From NCBI GenBank assembly GCA_965205855.1, contig OZ242184.1, forward strand, positions 1,024,001 through 1,088,000: a stretch of 64,000 nucleotides of DNA, read 5' to 3'. The notes beneath the pieces were generated by a model. That model did no database searches and was not told the DNA's origin. It saw only the letters and a program-made list of their open reading frames with translations. Within the stretch, counting starts at the first letter, position 1. Each line of letters opens with the position of its first letter. Source of the stretch: Thermodesulfobacteriota bacterium. GTDB taxonomy: Bacteria > Desulfobacterota_D > UBA1144 > Nemesobacterales > Mycalebacteriaceae. Below are positions 1 through 10,691 of the stretch, one piece after another. A program made the translations under genes and the position numbers.

Positions 1-714
<714 letters not shown>

Positions 715-741
715 TATAAACCTCCGGAAAACGCCGCGTTT

Positions 742-2457
742 TTACGCAACATCAACGGGCTCAAAGATCATCCGGTTCATCGGCGCGCCCGGTTCTATCA
801 TTGGATAGACCATCTCTTCGGGATCAACCTTTATCTCCATCAGAACCACACCTTTTGTCTCAAGCCCTTTTTTCAGGACCGTCTCAAGGTCTTCCGGCCT
901 TTCGGCTTTGAAGCCCTTTGCTCCGAACGCTTCCGCAAGTTTAACAAAATCCGGAAGAACATTAAATTTTGAGCTTGAGTAGTTTCCGTTAAAAAACATA
1001 GTTTGCCACTGTCTGACCATACCGTGATGTTCGTTGTTGAAAACAATTATTTTAAGGTCAAGATTGTGCTCAACGGCAACCGCGAGTTCTTGCATGTTCA
1101 TCTGGAAACTCCCATCTCCGGAGACGCATACGACAAGGTCTTCCGGTTTTGCGAACTTGGCTCCCATGGCCGCGGGAAACCCGAAACCCATTGTGCCGAG
1201 CCCTCCGGAAGTTATATGGCTACGCGGACGGTTGAACTTGTAGAACTGAGCCACCCACATCTGGTGCTGACCGACATCGCTCGCAATCGTGGCTTCCCCT
1301 TTGGTCAGCCTGTGCAACATATCTATGGCGTATGTCGTCTGGATTTTGTTGGCGTCCTCTTTGTATTGCATGGGATGCTTTTTGTCCCAACTCTTTATCT
1401 GCTTAATCCATCCTTCTCTTCCCGTGAGGTCAATTTCCGAGGAAAGCAGTTCCATGATTTGCTCCAAAACCTGTTTCGCGTCACCGACAATGGGACATTG
1501 CACATTGATATTTTTGTCTATTGTGGACGGGTCTATATCTATGTGAATTATGTCCGCGTTGGGAGCGAATTCATCAAAATTGCCTCCGGTTGCCCTATCG
1601 TCAAATCTCGCGCCGATTGATATGACAAGGTCGGACTCATGAACGGCAAGATTGGCGGCATAGGAGCCGTGCATTCCAATCATGTTCACAAACAGCGGGT
1701 CGTTTGCGGGAAATCCTCCGAGCCCCATAAGGGTTGAGGTAACCGGAACCTGCAGTCTGTGGGCGAATTTTTTGAGATGCTCGGTCGCATTTGAGATAAT
1801 AACCCCGCCTCCGGAGAAAATTACCGGTTTCTTTGCTTTTTCGATAAGGGAAACCGCTCTTTTTATCTGAGAAAGATTCCCTTTCATTTTCGGCTTGTAG
1901 CCCTTGAGATTTACGCACTTGGGAATCACAAGTTCGTCTTCACCGATAAGCACATCCTTGGGCATGTCAACCAGAACGGGACTCGGCCTTCCGGTTAACG
2001 CTATGTGAAACGCATCTTGAATTGCCTCGGGCAGTTCTCTGGTTGTGCGGACAATGCTATTGTGCTTTGTACACGGCCTTGTTATTCCGATATGGTCGGC
2101 TTCTTGAAACGCGTCGCTTCCGAGATACTGTGTGGGAACCTGTCCGGTAAACACAAGCACCGGAGCCGAATCCATTTGAGCGGTTGCTATGCCGGTTACC
2201 GTGTTTGTCGCCGCCGGGCCGGAAGTGCAAAGAACAACCCCGGGTTTGCCCGAAGCTCTCGCGTAGCCATCCGCCATATGGGTCGCCCCCTGTTCATGCC
2301 GCGCCATAACATGAGTGAACTTCCCCTGCTTCTCATACTCGGTCATCACATCATAGACCTTGAGAACATAGCCTCCCGGCAGACCAAAAATGACCTCAAC
2401 TCCCTCGTGAATGAGGGTTTCAAAAAACATTTGCGCTCCGAGCATTTTTGTGCCCAT
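742..2457 (-). CDS. ilvB: Acetolactate synthase large subunit
   Basis: RHEQGATHMADGYARA, TSGP, ThDP motif GDGSFQMN...NN, GMVRQWQ; SD AGGAGG upstream. Confidence 0.96.
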   Translation of the reverse strand: MGTKMLGAQMFFETLIHEGVEVIFGLPGGYVLKVYDVMTEYEKQGKFTHVMARHEQGATHMADGYARASGKPGVVLCTSGPAATNTVTGIATAQMDSAPVLVFTGQVPTQYLGSDAFQEADHIGITRPCTKHNSIVRTTRELPEAIQDAFHIALTGRPSPVLVDMPKDVLIGEDELVIPKCVNLKGYKPKMKGNLSQIKRAVSLIEKAKKPVIFSGGGVIISNATEHLKKFAHRLQVPVTSTLMGLGGFPANDPLFVNMIGMHGSYAANLAVHESDLVISIGARFDDRATGGNFDEFAPNADIIHIDIDPSTIDKNINVQCPIVGDAKQVLEQIMELLSSEIDLTGREGWIKQIKSWDKKHPMQYKEDANKIQTTYAIDMLHRLTKGEATIASDVGQHQMWVAQFYKFNRPRSHITSGGLGTMGFGFPAAMGAKFAKPEDLVVCVSGDGSFQMNMQELAVAVEHNLDLKIIVFNNEHHGMVRQWQTMFFNGNYSSSKFNVLPDFVKLAEAFGAKGFKAERPEDLETVLKKGLETKGVVLMEIKVDPEEMVYPMIEPGAPMNRMIFEPVDVA

Positions 2458-2464
2458 TGGAACA

Positions 2465-2550
2465 CCTCCTGAACACTCGGCTCCGAAACCGCCGCGATGC
2501 TCTCGCCACGACCCGAAGAACCGAAATTTGCTCCCGTTTGCTACGGAAGC
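2465..2550 (-). promoter_or_regulatory. Putative structured 5' leader of the ilvBNC operon
   Basis: Hairpin GCUUCCGU-AGCAA-ACGGGAGC, then a long stem UUCGGUUCU/GGAGCCGAG enclosing GUCGUG-GC-GAGA-GC-AU-CGCGGC, ending 5 nt before the SD; G-U pairs favour the minus strand. Confidence 0.45.
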
Positions 2551-2557
2551 GATATTA

Positions 2558-2585
2558 ATTGTATATGGAAAGAGAGAGTTTACAA
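2558..2585 (-). promoter_or_regulatory. Putative sigma70 promoter for ilvB
   Basis: TTGTAA-16 nt-TACAAT on minus strand, placing a start site at the first leader hairpin. Confidence 0.45.
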
Positions 2586-2645
2586 TAAAAATTATCGCGC
2601 GAACACATATGACTGCGCTTTCAGTTTTGCCGTCAATACGTCTCG

Positions 2646-4583
2646 TTAAAAACTCAGCGCCGCAAAAATCAGCAGGATTATGAACGCCGCCATTGCCGCG
2701 GTGTATGCCCTGACAAACCCGGTCTGAAACAGACTGAAAAAGCCGGCGAGTTTTTTCACGGCACCTGCAACTGCATTGACCGCTCCGTCAACAACTAAAA
2801 GGTCAAACTTCGCAAGTTCTGTGGAAAAATGCCCGAAAGGAACTATAAAAACCGAATGATAAAATTCATCCAGCAGAATTTTGGATTGGGAAAAACTCCT
2901 CAATGACAAAATTGTTCGGAAACCAAGAAGCAAATCGCGAAACCGCATCTTCGTCCCGTATATCAGCAATGCGGTAAAAAGCCCGGCAAGAGCGGCGACT
3001 GTTGAAATAACGGCGAGACCCGCATGGCTGATGCCGAACAAAACATCCGGGGCGGGAGAAAAAGCCGCCGTAACCGGTTTAAGAAAGTGCGTGAGAATTT
3101 CCTCTTTGACGGGAACAAACCCTTCCATGAAATGGGGAACGGAAAACAGACCGCCGAATACCGACAGCAAAGCGAGGAAGATGAGAGGAGCCGTCATAAC
3201 GCGCGGAGGCTCATGTATCCCGGAAAAGGTTTCGGGCGGAGTGTTGTTCTTCCCTTCAAACACGAGAACGTAAAGCCGCGTCATGTAAAACGCCGTGAGC
3301 ATAGCGGCAAACACCGCCGCAATCCAATGAAAAATAAAACCGCCGTCATAAACCGCGGCGAGTATTGAATCTTTACTGAAAAACCCCGAGAAAAACGGCA
3401 CGCCCGAAATCGCTAGTGTTCCGGCAAGAAAAGTGAATGCGGTTACCGGTATTTTCCCGCGCAATCCGCCCATGCTTCTTATGTCCTGCAAGCCGCCAAG
3501 CGAGTGAATAACCGCCCCGGCACCGAGAAAAAGAAGCGCCTTGAAAAAAGCGTGAGTTACAAGATGAAAAACCGCCACTCCAAAAGCGCCCGCGCCCGCC
3601 GCCATAAACATAAAGCCCAATTGACTCACTGTTGAATATGCAAGAACCTTCTTTATATCCGTCTGCGTAACCGCGATATAGGCGGCAATTAAAGAGGTCA
3701 GAACCGCCACGGTGAGAACAACAAACTGAGCATCTGGCGAGGCAGAATACATGAAAGAGCAACGGGCAAGCATATAAATTCCAGCAGTTACCATAGTCGC
3801 CGCATGTATCAAAGCGCTTACCGGGGTTGGTCCCGCCATAGCATCTGGGAGCCAGACGTAGAGAGGAAACTGCGCGGATTTTCCCGCCGCTCCTACGAAA
3901 AGGAGCAGACAAATCACAGTGAGCATACCCGCGGACACATCCGCCGCCGCAGGGGAAATTTCCGAAAATTCAAGAGAGCCAAAGGTAATGAACACCAAAA
4001 AGATTCCAATAAGAAAACCGAAGTCCCCTATCCTGTTGACAACGAACGCTTTCCTTCCCGCATCCGCTTTTTCCGTATCGTCAAACCAGAAACCTATCAG
4101 CAGGTAGGAGACAAAACCCACGCCTTCCCACCCTGCGAACATCACGGCAAAATCACCGCCGAGAACGAGAGTCAGCATAAAAAAGATGAAAAGATTGACA
4201 AGCGCGAAATAGCGCGCAACGGCTCGGTCTCCGGCCATATACCCGATTGAATAGAGATGAATCACAAATCCCACCCATGTTATTACAAGGGTCAGAACGG
4301 CAGACAGCCTGTCAAATACAAAACCAAAACTTACCGACAGCGCACCGGAAGAAAACCACTCAAATATCTCAACCCTTGTCTCCCCCGCGCCTGAGAAAAT
4401 CCCGAATGCGAGAACTGTAGCACAGATTGCCGAGACCAGAACGGCAATAGAACCGACAAGCCCCGCCGCTTTCTCTTCAAAATCCCTTGAAACACAGAAA
4501 AGCCGCCTCATCAAACCTGCGGAGATTAAAATCCCGCTTATAAAAGCTCCCACGAGAGGTGCGAAAATCACAAGTTGCAGCAT
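2646..4583 (-). CDS. nuoL: NADH-quinone oxidoreductase subunit L
   Basis: GKSAQFPLYVWLPDAMAGPTPVSALIHAATMVTAG, KKVLAYSTVSQLG, HAFFKALLFLGAG. Confidence 0.96.
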   Translation of the reverse strand: MLQLVIFAPLVGAFISGILISAGLMRRLFCVSRDFEEKAAGLVGSIAVLVSAICATVLAFGIFSGAGETRVEIFEWFSSGALSVSFGFVFDRLSAVLTLVITWVGFVIHLYSIGYMAGDRAVARYFALVNLFIFFMLTLVLGGDFAVMFAGWEGVGFVSYLLIGFWFDDTEKADAGRKAFVVNRIGDFGFLIGIFLVFITFGSLEFSEISPAAADVSAGMLTVICLLLFVGAAGKSAQFPLYVWLPDAMAGPTPVSALIHAATMVTAGIYMLARCSFMYSASPDAQFVVLTVAVLTSLIAAYIAVTQTDIKKVLAYSTVSQLGFMFMAAGAGAFGVAVFHLVTHAFFKALLFLGAGAVIHSLGGLQDIRSMGGLRGKIPVTAFTFLAGTLAISGVPFFSGFFSKDSILAAVYDGGFIFHWIAAVFAAMLTAFYMTRLYVLVFEGKNNTPPETFSGIHEPPRVMTAPLIFLALLSVFGGLFSVPHFMEGFVPVKEEILTHFLKPVTAAFSPAPDVLFGISHAGLAVISTVAALAGLFTALLIYGTKMRFRDLLLGFRTILSLRSFSQSKILLDEFYHSVFIVPFGHFSTELAKFDLLVVDGAVNAVAGAVKKLAGFFSLFQTGFVRAYTAAMAAFIILLIFAALSF

Positions 4584-4883
4584 CTAACCCCGTAAGTTCC
4601 TTATTAAATCTATGTTTAAACTTTTCGCTTCCGAATAAAGAACAACAACAAACGCGAGTCCAAGTGCGACTTCCGCGGCCGCGACAGTTATGGAAACAAG
4701 AACAAGTACATTGCCCGCTCCGTCCCCGAGAAGCCGGGAAAACGCTATGAGGCAAAGGTTTGCCGCGTTAAGCATAATCTCAACCGACATCAGAACCACA
4801 AGGATGTTCTTTCTTGTTAACACGCCGAAAGCGCCGATAACAAAAAGGGCAAAACCCAGAGCAATATATCCGTCCGGACTCAA
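4584..4883 (-). CDS. nuoK: NADH-quinone oxidoreductase subunit K
   Basis: 99 aa, three hydrophobic helices, LMSVEIMLNA and AAAEVALGLA. Confidence 0.95.
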   Translation of the reverse strand: MSPDGYIALGFALFVIGAFGVLTRKNILVVLMSVEIMLNAANLCLIAFSRLLGDGAGNVLVLVSITVAAAEVALGLAFVVVLYSEAKSLNIDLIRNLRG

Positions 4884-5389
4884 CGCAACCCCCTTGAGAT
4901 GGCAACGGTTCCGACAATCGCCGCGACTATGAGAAGCGATGTAATCTCAAAAACAAGTAGATAATCGGTAAGCAAAAGACGCGCCGTGTCCGAGACGCCA
5001 CCGTCAAATTCGCCCGTCTTGCCCGCATCCGAGGCGAAAGGGGCAAGTTTGTTCCCGAAATACAAAGCCGCCGCCACCGCCGGCGCGAGAAAGGAGAGTT
5101 TTTTCGCAACCCTTGAGGGACCAAACTCCATACTGTTTTTGCGCACATTGAGAAAAACAATCGTAAAAAGAAAGAGAACCACAATAGCCCCGGCATAGAC
5201 GAAAACCTGAACCACCGCCATGAAATGGGCATCAAGAATGGCAAACAGAACTGCGGAAGAAACGATTGTAACAACAAGAAAAATGGCGCTGAAAGCCGTG
5301 TTCGGAACCAGAACAACGACAGTTGCCGCCACAATGGCAATTGTTGAAAAAATATAGAAAAAAGCCGACTCGGCTGGCATACCGCTCAA
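4880..5389 (-). CDS. nuoJ: NADH-quinone oxidoreductase subunit J
   Basis: QVFVYAGAIVVLFLF motif; coupled to nuoK; start may be ATG at 5380. Confidence 0.93.
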   Translation of the reverse strand: MSGMPAESAFFYIFSTIAIVAATVVVLVPNTAFSAIFLVVTIVSSAVLFAILDAHFMAVVQVFVYAGAIVVLFLFTIVFLNVRKNSMEFGPSRVAKKLSFLAPAVAAALYFGNKLAPFASDAGKTGEFDGGVSDTARLLLTDYLLVFEITSLLIVAAIVGTVAISRGLR

Positions 5390-5421
5390 ACCTTACAGTA
5401 ATTGGAATTGCAAATCAAAAT

Positions 5422-6084
5422 TCAGCGTCTGGACTCAACGCCGACCCTCATGCACAAATCCGCGACCGGGCAAACTCCGCACATCGGGGAAACAGGCCTG
5501 CAAACTGTCTGCCCGAAAGCGACCATAAGAAAGTTGTATTCAGCCCAGTGTTTTCGCGGCAGTTTTTCTCGCAGAGCCGTCTCGGTACGATGCGGGTCTT
5601 TTGTGGAAACATAACCGAGCCGGTTTGAAATCCTGTGAACATGAATGTCAACGCATATACCCGGCTTTCCGTAACCGAGGGACACAACAAGGTTCGCGGT
5701 TTTTCTTCCCACTCCGTTAAAATCAAGAAGCTCCTCAATGGTGTCGGGAACCCTTCCACCGTGCTCTGCTTCAAGACGCTCGCATATCTTCACTATGTTT
5801 GCGGCCTTTGTTCTGTAAAATCCGACCGGATAGATGAGAGACTCAATTCGCTGCACCCCGACGGATACCGCCTCGGCGGGCGTTTTTACGACCGTAAACA
5901 GCCTTGCACATGCCGCCGCGGTTGTCTCGTCCCGCGTCCGCAAACTGAGAATCGTGGAAATAAAAATCCTGAAAGGATCATCCTTGTGAACTTCGGCAAG
6001 GCTCATAACAGGCGGCTTCCATTTGTGCGCCTCGCTTCTTAACACGGAAAGAACCTTTGATATGTCTTTGTCGGAAAATGTCAT
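5422..6084 (-). CDS. nth: Endonuclease III
   Basis: HhH motif GVGRKTAN, VDIHVHRISNR, Fe-S motif CRPVSPMCGVCPVADLC. Confidence 0.94.
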   Translation of the reverse strand: MTFSDKDISKVLSVLRSEAHKWKPPVMSLAEVHKDDPFRIFISTILSLRTRDETTAAACARLFTVVKTPAEAVSVGVQRIESLIYPVGFYRTKAANIVKICERLEAEHGGRVPDTIEELLDFNGVGRKTANLVVSLGYGKPGICVDIHVHRISNRLGYVSTKDPHRTETALREKLPRKHWAEYNFLMVAFGQTVCRPVSPMCGVCPVADLCMRVGVESRR

Positions 6085-6848
6085 TGTAAAGGCTTGCCGC
6101 CGCCCGTTGCCTCAAGCATATTTCTCAAATCCTCCCATTTCCGAAAGAGCCGCGAGGCAAGACCGTATGATTTTTCCCATTCTCCCGAGCGCAACAGCGT
6201 GAAAATTTCCGCCGCCTGTTCAACCGACCTCTCCCTGTCAAGGGACTGCGGACTCACAACCGAGCACACATCACCGTAGTTCAGAACCGCATATCCGTCT
6301 CCGTCCCGTCCAGAAAACCATCCGCTCATATACGCCGCGCCCTTCTCCATCCATTCAAGTATGGCGCGCAGTTTTTCATGGTCTGTTTTACCGATAGCGC
6401 CCGCAATAGTGTCCGAAGCAACCGCGAGCCGCTCGCACGCGTCCCCCACCCTTGCCGTGTAATACATTGAACTGAAACCCCAGTGAGAATAAAAATTCCG
6501 CCTTTCAGGCTCATCAAACGCGGCAAGCCACTCAAACGGAACCGCGTTCTCGCACGACAGTATGTTTCCGTTTCGTCCCGAAGCGTTTCCGCCGAGCGGA
6601 CAGACATGGAGAATCCCGTCATTGCTCCTGATAAAAAAACAGTCACGGAGGGCGGACTCGCCAATTGAAAGATGCTCGGAGATCGCGCGCCGAAAACTGT
6701 CGTATTCGTTGCCAAACCAGACGCCGAAAGGAGACATCGGACCTCCCCAATACTTTTCGTAAAACTCCACATACCGCAACCAGTAGGAACGCTCCTCTTC
6801 GGGCGCGTTCTCAAGAGGGTCATAGACGATTAAAGTGCTTTGAGCCAC
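6081..6848 (-). CDS. Conserved hypothetical protein
   Basis: 255-aa ORF whose stop overlaps the nth start (ATGA); no functional motif recognised. Confidence 0.75.
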   Translation of the reverse strand: MAQSTLIVYDPLENAPEEERSYWLRYVEFYEKYWGGPMSPFGVWFGNEYDSFRRAISEHLSIGESALRDCFFIRSNDGILHVCPLGGNASGRNGNILSCENAVPFEWLAAFDEPERRNFYSHWGFSSMYYTARVGDACERLAVASDTIAGAIGKTDHEKLRAILEWMEKGAAYMSGWFSGRDGDGYAVLNYGDVCSVVSPQSLDRERSVEQAAEIFTLLRSGEWEKSYGLASRLFRKWEDLRNMLEATGGGKPLQ

Positions 6849-6905
6849 AAGTGAGTATAAATCCGCGATACGGCGAGCGCAAAACGCCCTTGGGGAAAAT
6901 ACGGT

Positions 6906-7952
6906 TCAGTCTTCGGTAATTTTTGAAACAAATGTGTCCGTAAACCATTTGTCGAGTTTTTGACGGGACGCGCCGCCAAGCAACCTTTTCACCTCGTACA
7001 GGGGAACAAGCATTTTTGCGGCGGATCTGTGTCCGCCCGCGCCCGCCTGACTCATCCGGTCGTTCGGGTCGGTTTCTACGCCATTCGCGCAAGCGCCACC
7101 GAACATACCAAATACCTCACGGGCGACTCTGCCCGCGCTTTTGACATAACCGACGTTGCGCAACGAAACCACAAGGTGCGAGCCCTGCAAAATCCCGAAA
7201 GCGACAACCCAGTCGGCGTCTTTTACCTGCATACAGAAATCCGCCATTTTGGGTATCAGATACTCCTGTTCAATCTTGCCCAGATTCACAAAAAGAACAC
7301 TGTCATTTATCCAGTGTCTGGCGAGCGAGCCGCCAAAAGCCGCCAAATCGTCAGACGGAATTTCCGCTTTGCCTATCTTTCTCAGGAGTCCGAGGTTTGC
7401 TTTTTTATAGAGAAACACGAATGCCTCAACATCTTCGGAATCGGCGTCTCGCGATAGGGAAAATGTGTCGGTTTTTATTCCGTAGAGAAGAGCGGTGGCA
7501 AGACGCGATGATATCTCCACATCGGACACACGGAGCAAACCGGTCATTATCGTTGAAGTTGCCCCCTCGGAAACGCTTACCTTAACAAAATCAGCTTCAT
7601 AGCCTTTCATTCTGGGATGGTGGTCTATAACCGAACCCACAACGGGAAAAAGACTTCCGAAAAAAGACGGCTGGACATCAACCATCGCTATTGAGTCAAA
7701 ACTTCTTGCTTGTTCAACGGTAACCGGCACAACATCTATCTCAAGTAACTCCATCATCGCGACATTTTCGGGGCGGGAAACCGGTGCACCCAAATGCCCT
7801 ATTGTTGCCGTCTGCCTATTTCTGCCAAGCACTGTTCTGAGCGCGAGAGCGGACGCCATTGCATCCGGGTCGGGACAGTCGTGAAGAAGTATCAACAACT
7901 TATCCGCCCCTTCATGAGCCTCTCTGAGCTTTTTCACAAAGGATTTGCTCAT
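6906..7952 (-). CDS. DHH/DHHA1 family phosphoesterase (NrnA-like)
   Basis: HDCPDPDAMAS, MVD, IDHH, GIKTDT and GGH motifs; ATG overlaps the trpA stop. Confidence 0.88.
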   Translation of the reverse strand: MSKSFVKKLREAHEGADKLLILLHDCPDPDAMASALALRTVLGRNRQTATIGHLGAPVSRPENVAMMELLEIDVVPVTVEQARSFDSIAMVDVQPSFFGSLFPVVGSVIDHHPRMKGYEADFVKVSVSEGATSTIMTGLLRVSDVEISSRLATALLYGIKTDTFSLSRDADSEDVEAFVFLYKKANLGLLRKIGKAEIPSDDLAAFGGSLARHWINDSVLFVNLGKIEQEYLIPKMADFCMQVKDADWVVAFGILQGSHLVVSLRNVGYVKSAGRVAREVFGMFGGACANGVETDPNDRMSQAGAGGHRSAAKMLVPLYEVKRLLGGASRQKLDKWFTDTFVSKITED

Positions 7953-8770
7953 AAAGCGCAACTCCTGTCACACACTTGAGAAAGCCCCGAGACAAAATCA
8001 CCGACCTTGTCCGTCACGGAACCAGCGGCGGACTCCTCTACTATTTTCATTATTGCGCTTCCGACTATCACGGCATCGGCAAAAGACGCCACCTTGCGAG
8101 CCTGCTCCGGAGTAGAGATTCCAAAACCCACACCTACGGGAAGACCGGTTTTCATCCTTATTTTTTCAACAAGTCCGCGAAGCAAACCCACGTCCGTGCC
8201 GCCAATATCCGCACGAGCACCCGTAACGCCCGTAACAGAAACAAGATAGATAAAACCTCCGGCCATCTCCGCGACCGCGCTTATTCTTTCATCCGTTGTG
8301 TTGGGAGACAACAGGAACACTTCATCCAGCCCGCGTTTTGTAAGGTTGGAGTGAAACTCCCGCGCCTCTTCCGGCGGGAGGTCAACGGCAAGAACCCCGA
8401 CCGCTCCGGCGGCTTTTGCATCTGTGGCAAATCGCTCCATTCCGTAACGATAGAAAGGGTTGTAATATCCGAACAAAAGGATTGGAACATCACAACGGTC
8501 TTTTATTCTTCTCACGGTTTTCAGAATTTTCTCAAGAGTGGCTCCCGCCTTCAATGCTCTTTCGCAAGCCCTTTGAATAACGGGACCGTCCGCCATCGGG
8601 TCAGAAAACGGAACACCGATTTCAATAATGTCCGCGCCGCTTGCGGCAATGCGAACGGCAATCTCCTCCGTAATATCAAGAGACGGATCTCCCGCCGTGA
8701 TGTAGCAAACAAGAGCCGCCCTGTTGTCGTCTTTAAGTTCGGAGAACTTTTTTTCTATTGCAGTGATCAT
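7949..8770 (-). CDS. trpA: Tryptophan synthase alpha chain
   Basis: YITAGDP, EIGVPFSDPMADGPVIQ, VGFGIST, VIVGSAI; start reset to MITAIEK. Confidence 0.96.
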   Translation of the reverse strand: MITAIEKKFSELKDDNRAALVCYITAGDPSLDITEEIAVRIAASGADIIEIGVPFSDPMADGPVIQRACERALKAGATLEKILKTVRRIKDRCDVPILLFGYYNPFYRYGMERFATDAKAAGAVGVLAVDLPPEEAREFHSNLTKRGLDEVFLLSPNTTDERISAVAEMAGGFIYLVSVTGVTGARADIGGTDVGLLRGLVEKIRMKTGLPVGVGFGISTPEQARKVASFADAVIVGSAIMKIVEESAAGSVTDKVGDFVSGLSQVCDRSCAL

Positions 8771-8827
8771 TATAAAAAAAGCCCGACAGAGCTCCGGCAA
8801 GCCATCCACGCCAAATAAAGAAGTAAA

Positions 8828-8855
8828 ATTATAACCGCGAAAAGCTGTCGGTCAA
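8828..8855 (-). promoter_or_regulatory. Putative sigma70 promoter upstream of trpA
   Basis: TTGACC-16 nt-TATAAT on minus strand in the intergenic gap. Confidence 0.55.
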
Positions 8856-8970
8856 TGAATGACGCCCGTGCCTTTGTGTACAAAATTAAAAAGAATCCGC
8901 ATCTTTTTCAAGGAGACTGTTCCGACAAAAAACCCGAATAATCCGGTAACAGGAAAAGTCCCGGACAAAA

Positions 8971-9462
8971 TCAATAATCCCTGAAAGCGTAGTATTTTGT
9001 GAGAATAAAATTCAGAAAAAACCCGATGCAGATTGCAATTCCATTTGCAAGAAATATGCCGTCAAACGGAATCAAGGGCAGATTTTGTATATCGCCGAAA
9101 TTAAACAGTTCAACAAGAATAATCAAAACCGCAAGGTTGACGGCGAGCACCGCCACGCCGGAAGCAAGTTTGCGCCACGAAGCCGTAATGAGGGAGTGCC
9201 CTCTTATTTGAAAAACAAAAAATATGCAAAGAAAAAAATTAACGGTTGTCCCGACCATAAAAGAACAGACCTTCGCAACCGTATATTCCACCTCAAACAT
9301 ATAATTGTGAACCGTTATGGAACGGTTGATATCCAGCAATTCCCTGACGGTTTGGAAAAGTGTCAAGTCAATAATGGCTGAAATAACCCCAACTATCATA
9401 TATTGCAGGAAATGCCGTATCCATTTGTTAGAGAGACTGCCGTCTATTACTGATTCTCCCAT
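8971..9462 (-). CDS. GtrA-family membrane protein
   Basis: Four hydrophobic helices, FLQYMIVGVISAIIDL start, NF...FVF and NFILTKYYAF patterns typical of GtrA. Confidence 0.75.
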   Translation of the reverse strand: MGESVIDGSLSNKWIRHFLQYMIVGVISAIIDLTLFQTVRELLDINRSITVHNYMFEVEYTVAKVCSFMVGTTVNFFLCIFFVFQIRGHSLITASWRKLASGVAVLAVNLAVLIILVELFNFGDIQNLPLIPFDGIFLANGIAICIGFFLNFILTKYYAFRDY

Positions 9463-9503
9463 TTCAGAATTGGTTTTCGGGTATTGCGAATTGAAGTTGT
9501 ATT

Positions 9504-10691
9504 CTACACATCCGCCGCTCCGGCGACAATATCCATATCCTTGTCTCCCCTGCCGGAAAGGTTGACGACAACAACCGAGTCCTTCGACATGCCTCCGGCT
9601 GTCTTCATCACATAAGCGATTGCATGTGCGCTCTCAAGAGCGGGAATTATCCCCTCGGTCTCGGAAAGAAAATAGAAGGCGTCAAGGGCTTCCCTGTCCG
9701 ACACGGAAACGTATGACGCAAGCCCGGACTGCTTGAAAAACGAGTGCTCGGGACCCACTCCCGGATAGTCAAGCCCGGCGGCGATTGAGTGCGCCCTATT
9801 TATCTGCCCGTCTCCGTTCTGAAGGATAAAAGTTCTGCTCCCATGCAGAATTCCCTCCGAACCCGTTGTGATTGTCGCGGAATTCCAACCCCTGTCCATC
9901 CCTCTTCCACCAGCCTCAACTCCCACTTTCGCGATACTGGGGTCATCCATAAAACTGTGGAAAAGTCCGGCCGCGTTTGAGCCGCCGCCCACACAGGCGA
10001 CAAGAAGGTCGGGCTTTCTTCCCTCAACACCTGCAGCTTGTTTTTTCACTTCCCTTCCAATAACTGACTGGAAATCCCTGACTATTGTAGGGTAGGGATG
10101 GGGGCCCGCAACGCTGCCGATAACATAGAAAGTGTTGCGAACATTTGTTATCCAATCCCTCATAGCTTCGTTCAAGGCGTCTTTGAGTGTGGCGGTGCCG
10201 GTTTCAACCGGATGAACAACCGCGCCCAGGGCTTTCATTCTCAAAAGATTGGATTTTTGCCTTTCGGTGTCCTTACGCCCCATGTATATCTCACATTTTT
10301 TTCCGAGCAAGGCGCAAATGGTGGCGGTTGCAACTCCGTGCTGCCCCGCTCCGGTTTCCGCGATAATTCTCTTTTTGCCCATTCTTTCGGCAAGCATGAC
10401 CTGCCCAACAGTATTGTTGATTTTATGCGCGCCCGTGTGCGCAAGATCTTCACGCTTCAGATACACCCGCGCGCCGCCCAGTTTTTCAGTCATTCTGCGG
10501 GCGAAATAAAAAGGGGTCGGTCTGCCGACATATTCGGCAAGGCGTTTCTCAACAGCGCCCGTAAATTCGGGGTCCGATTTCGCCTTTTTATAAGATTCCT
10601 CAAGCTCAAGAAGAGGAGGCATCAGAGTTTCGGAAACAAAACGCCCGCCGAAATTCCCAAAAAAACCTTCTTTAGTTTGAGTTGTCGGCAA
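9504..10691 (-). CDS. trpB: Tryptophan synthase beta chain
   Basis: [15 protein letters not shown] (PLP Lys), [27 protein letters not shown]. Confidence 0.97.
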   Translation of the reverse strand: MPTTQTKEGFFGNFGGRFVSETLMPPLLELEESYKKAKSDPEFTGAVEKRLAEYVGRPTPFYFARRMTEKLGGARVYLKREDLAHTGAHKINNTVGQVMLAERMGKKRIIAETGAGQHGVATATICALLGKKCEIYMGRKDTERQKSNLLRMKALGAVVHPVETGTATLKDALNEAMRDWITNVRNTFYVIGSVAGPHPYPTIVRDFQSVIGREVKKQAAGVEGRKPDLLVACVGGGSNAAGLFHSFMDDPSIAKVGVEAGGRGMDRGWNSATITTGSEGILHGSRTFILQNGDGQINRAHSIAAGLDYPGVGPEHSFFKQSGLASYVSVSDREALDAFYFLSETEGIIPALESAHAIAYVMKTAGGMSKDSVVVVNLSGRGDKDMDIVAGAADV

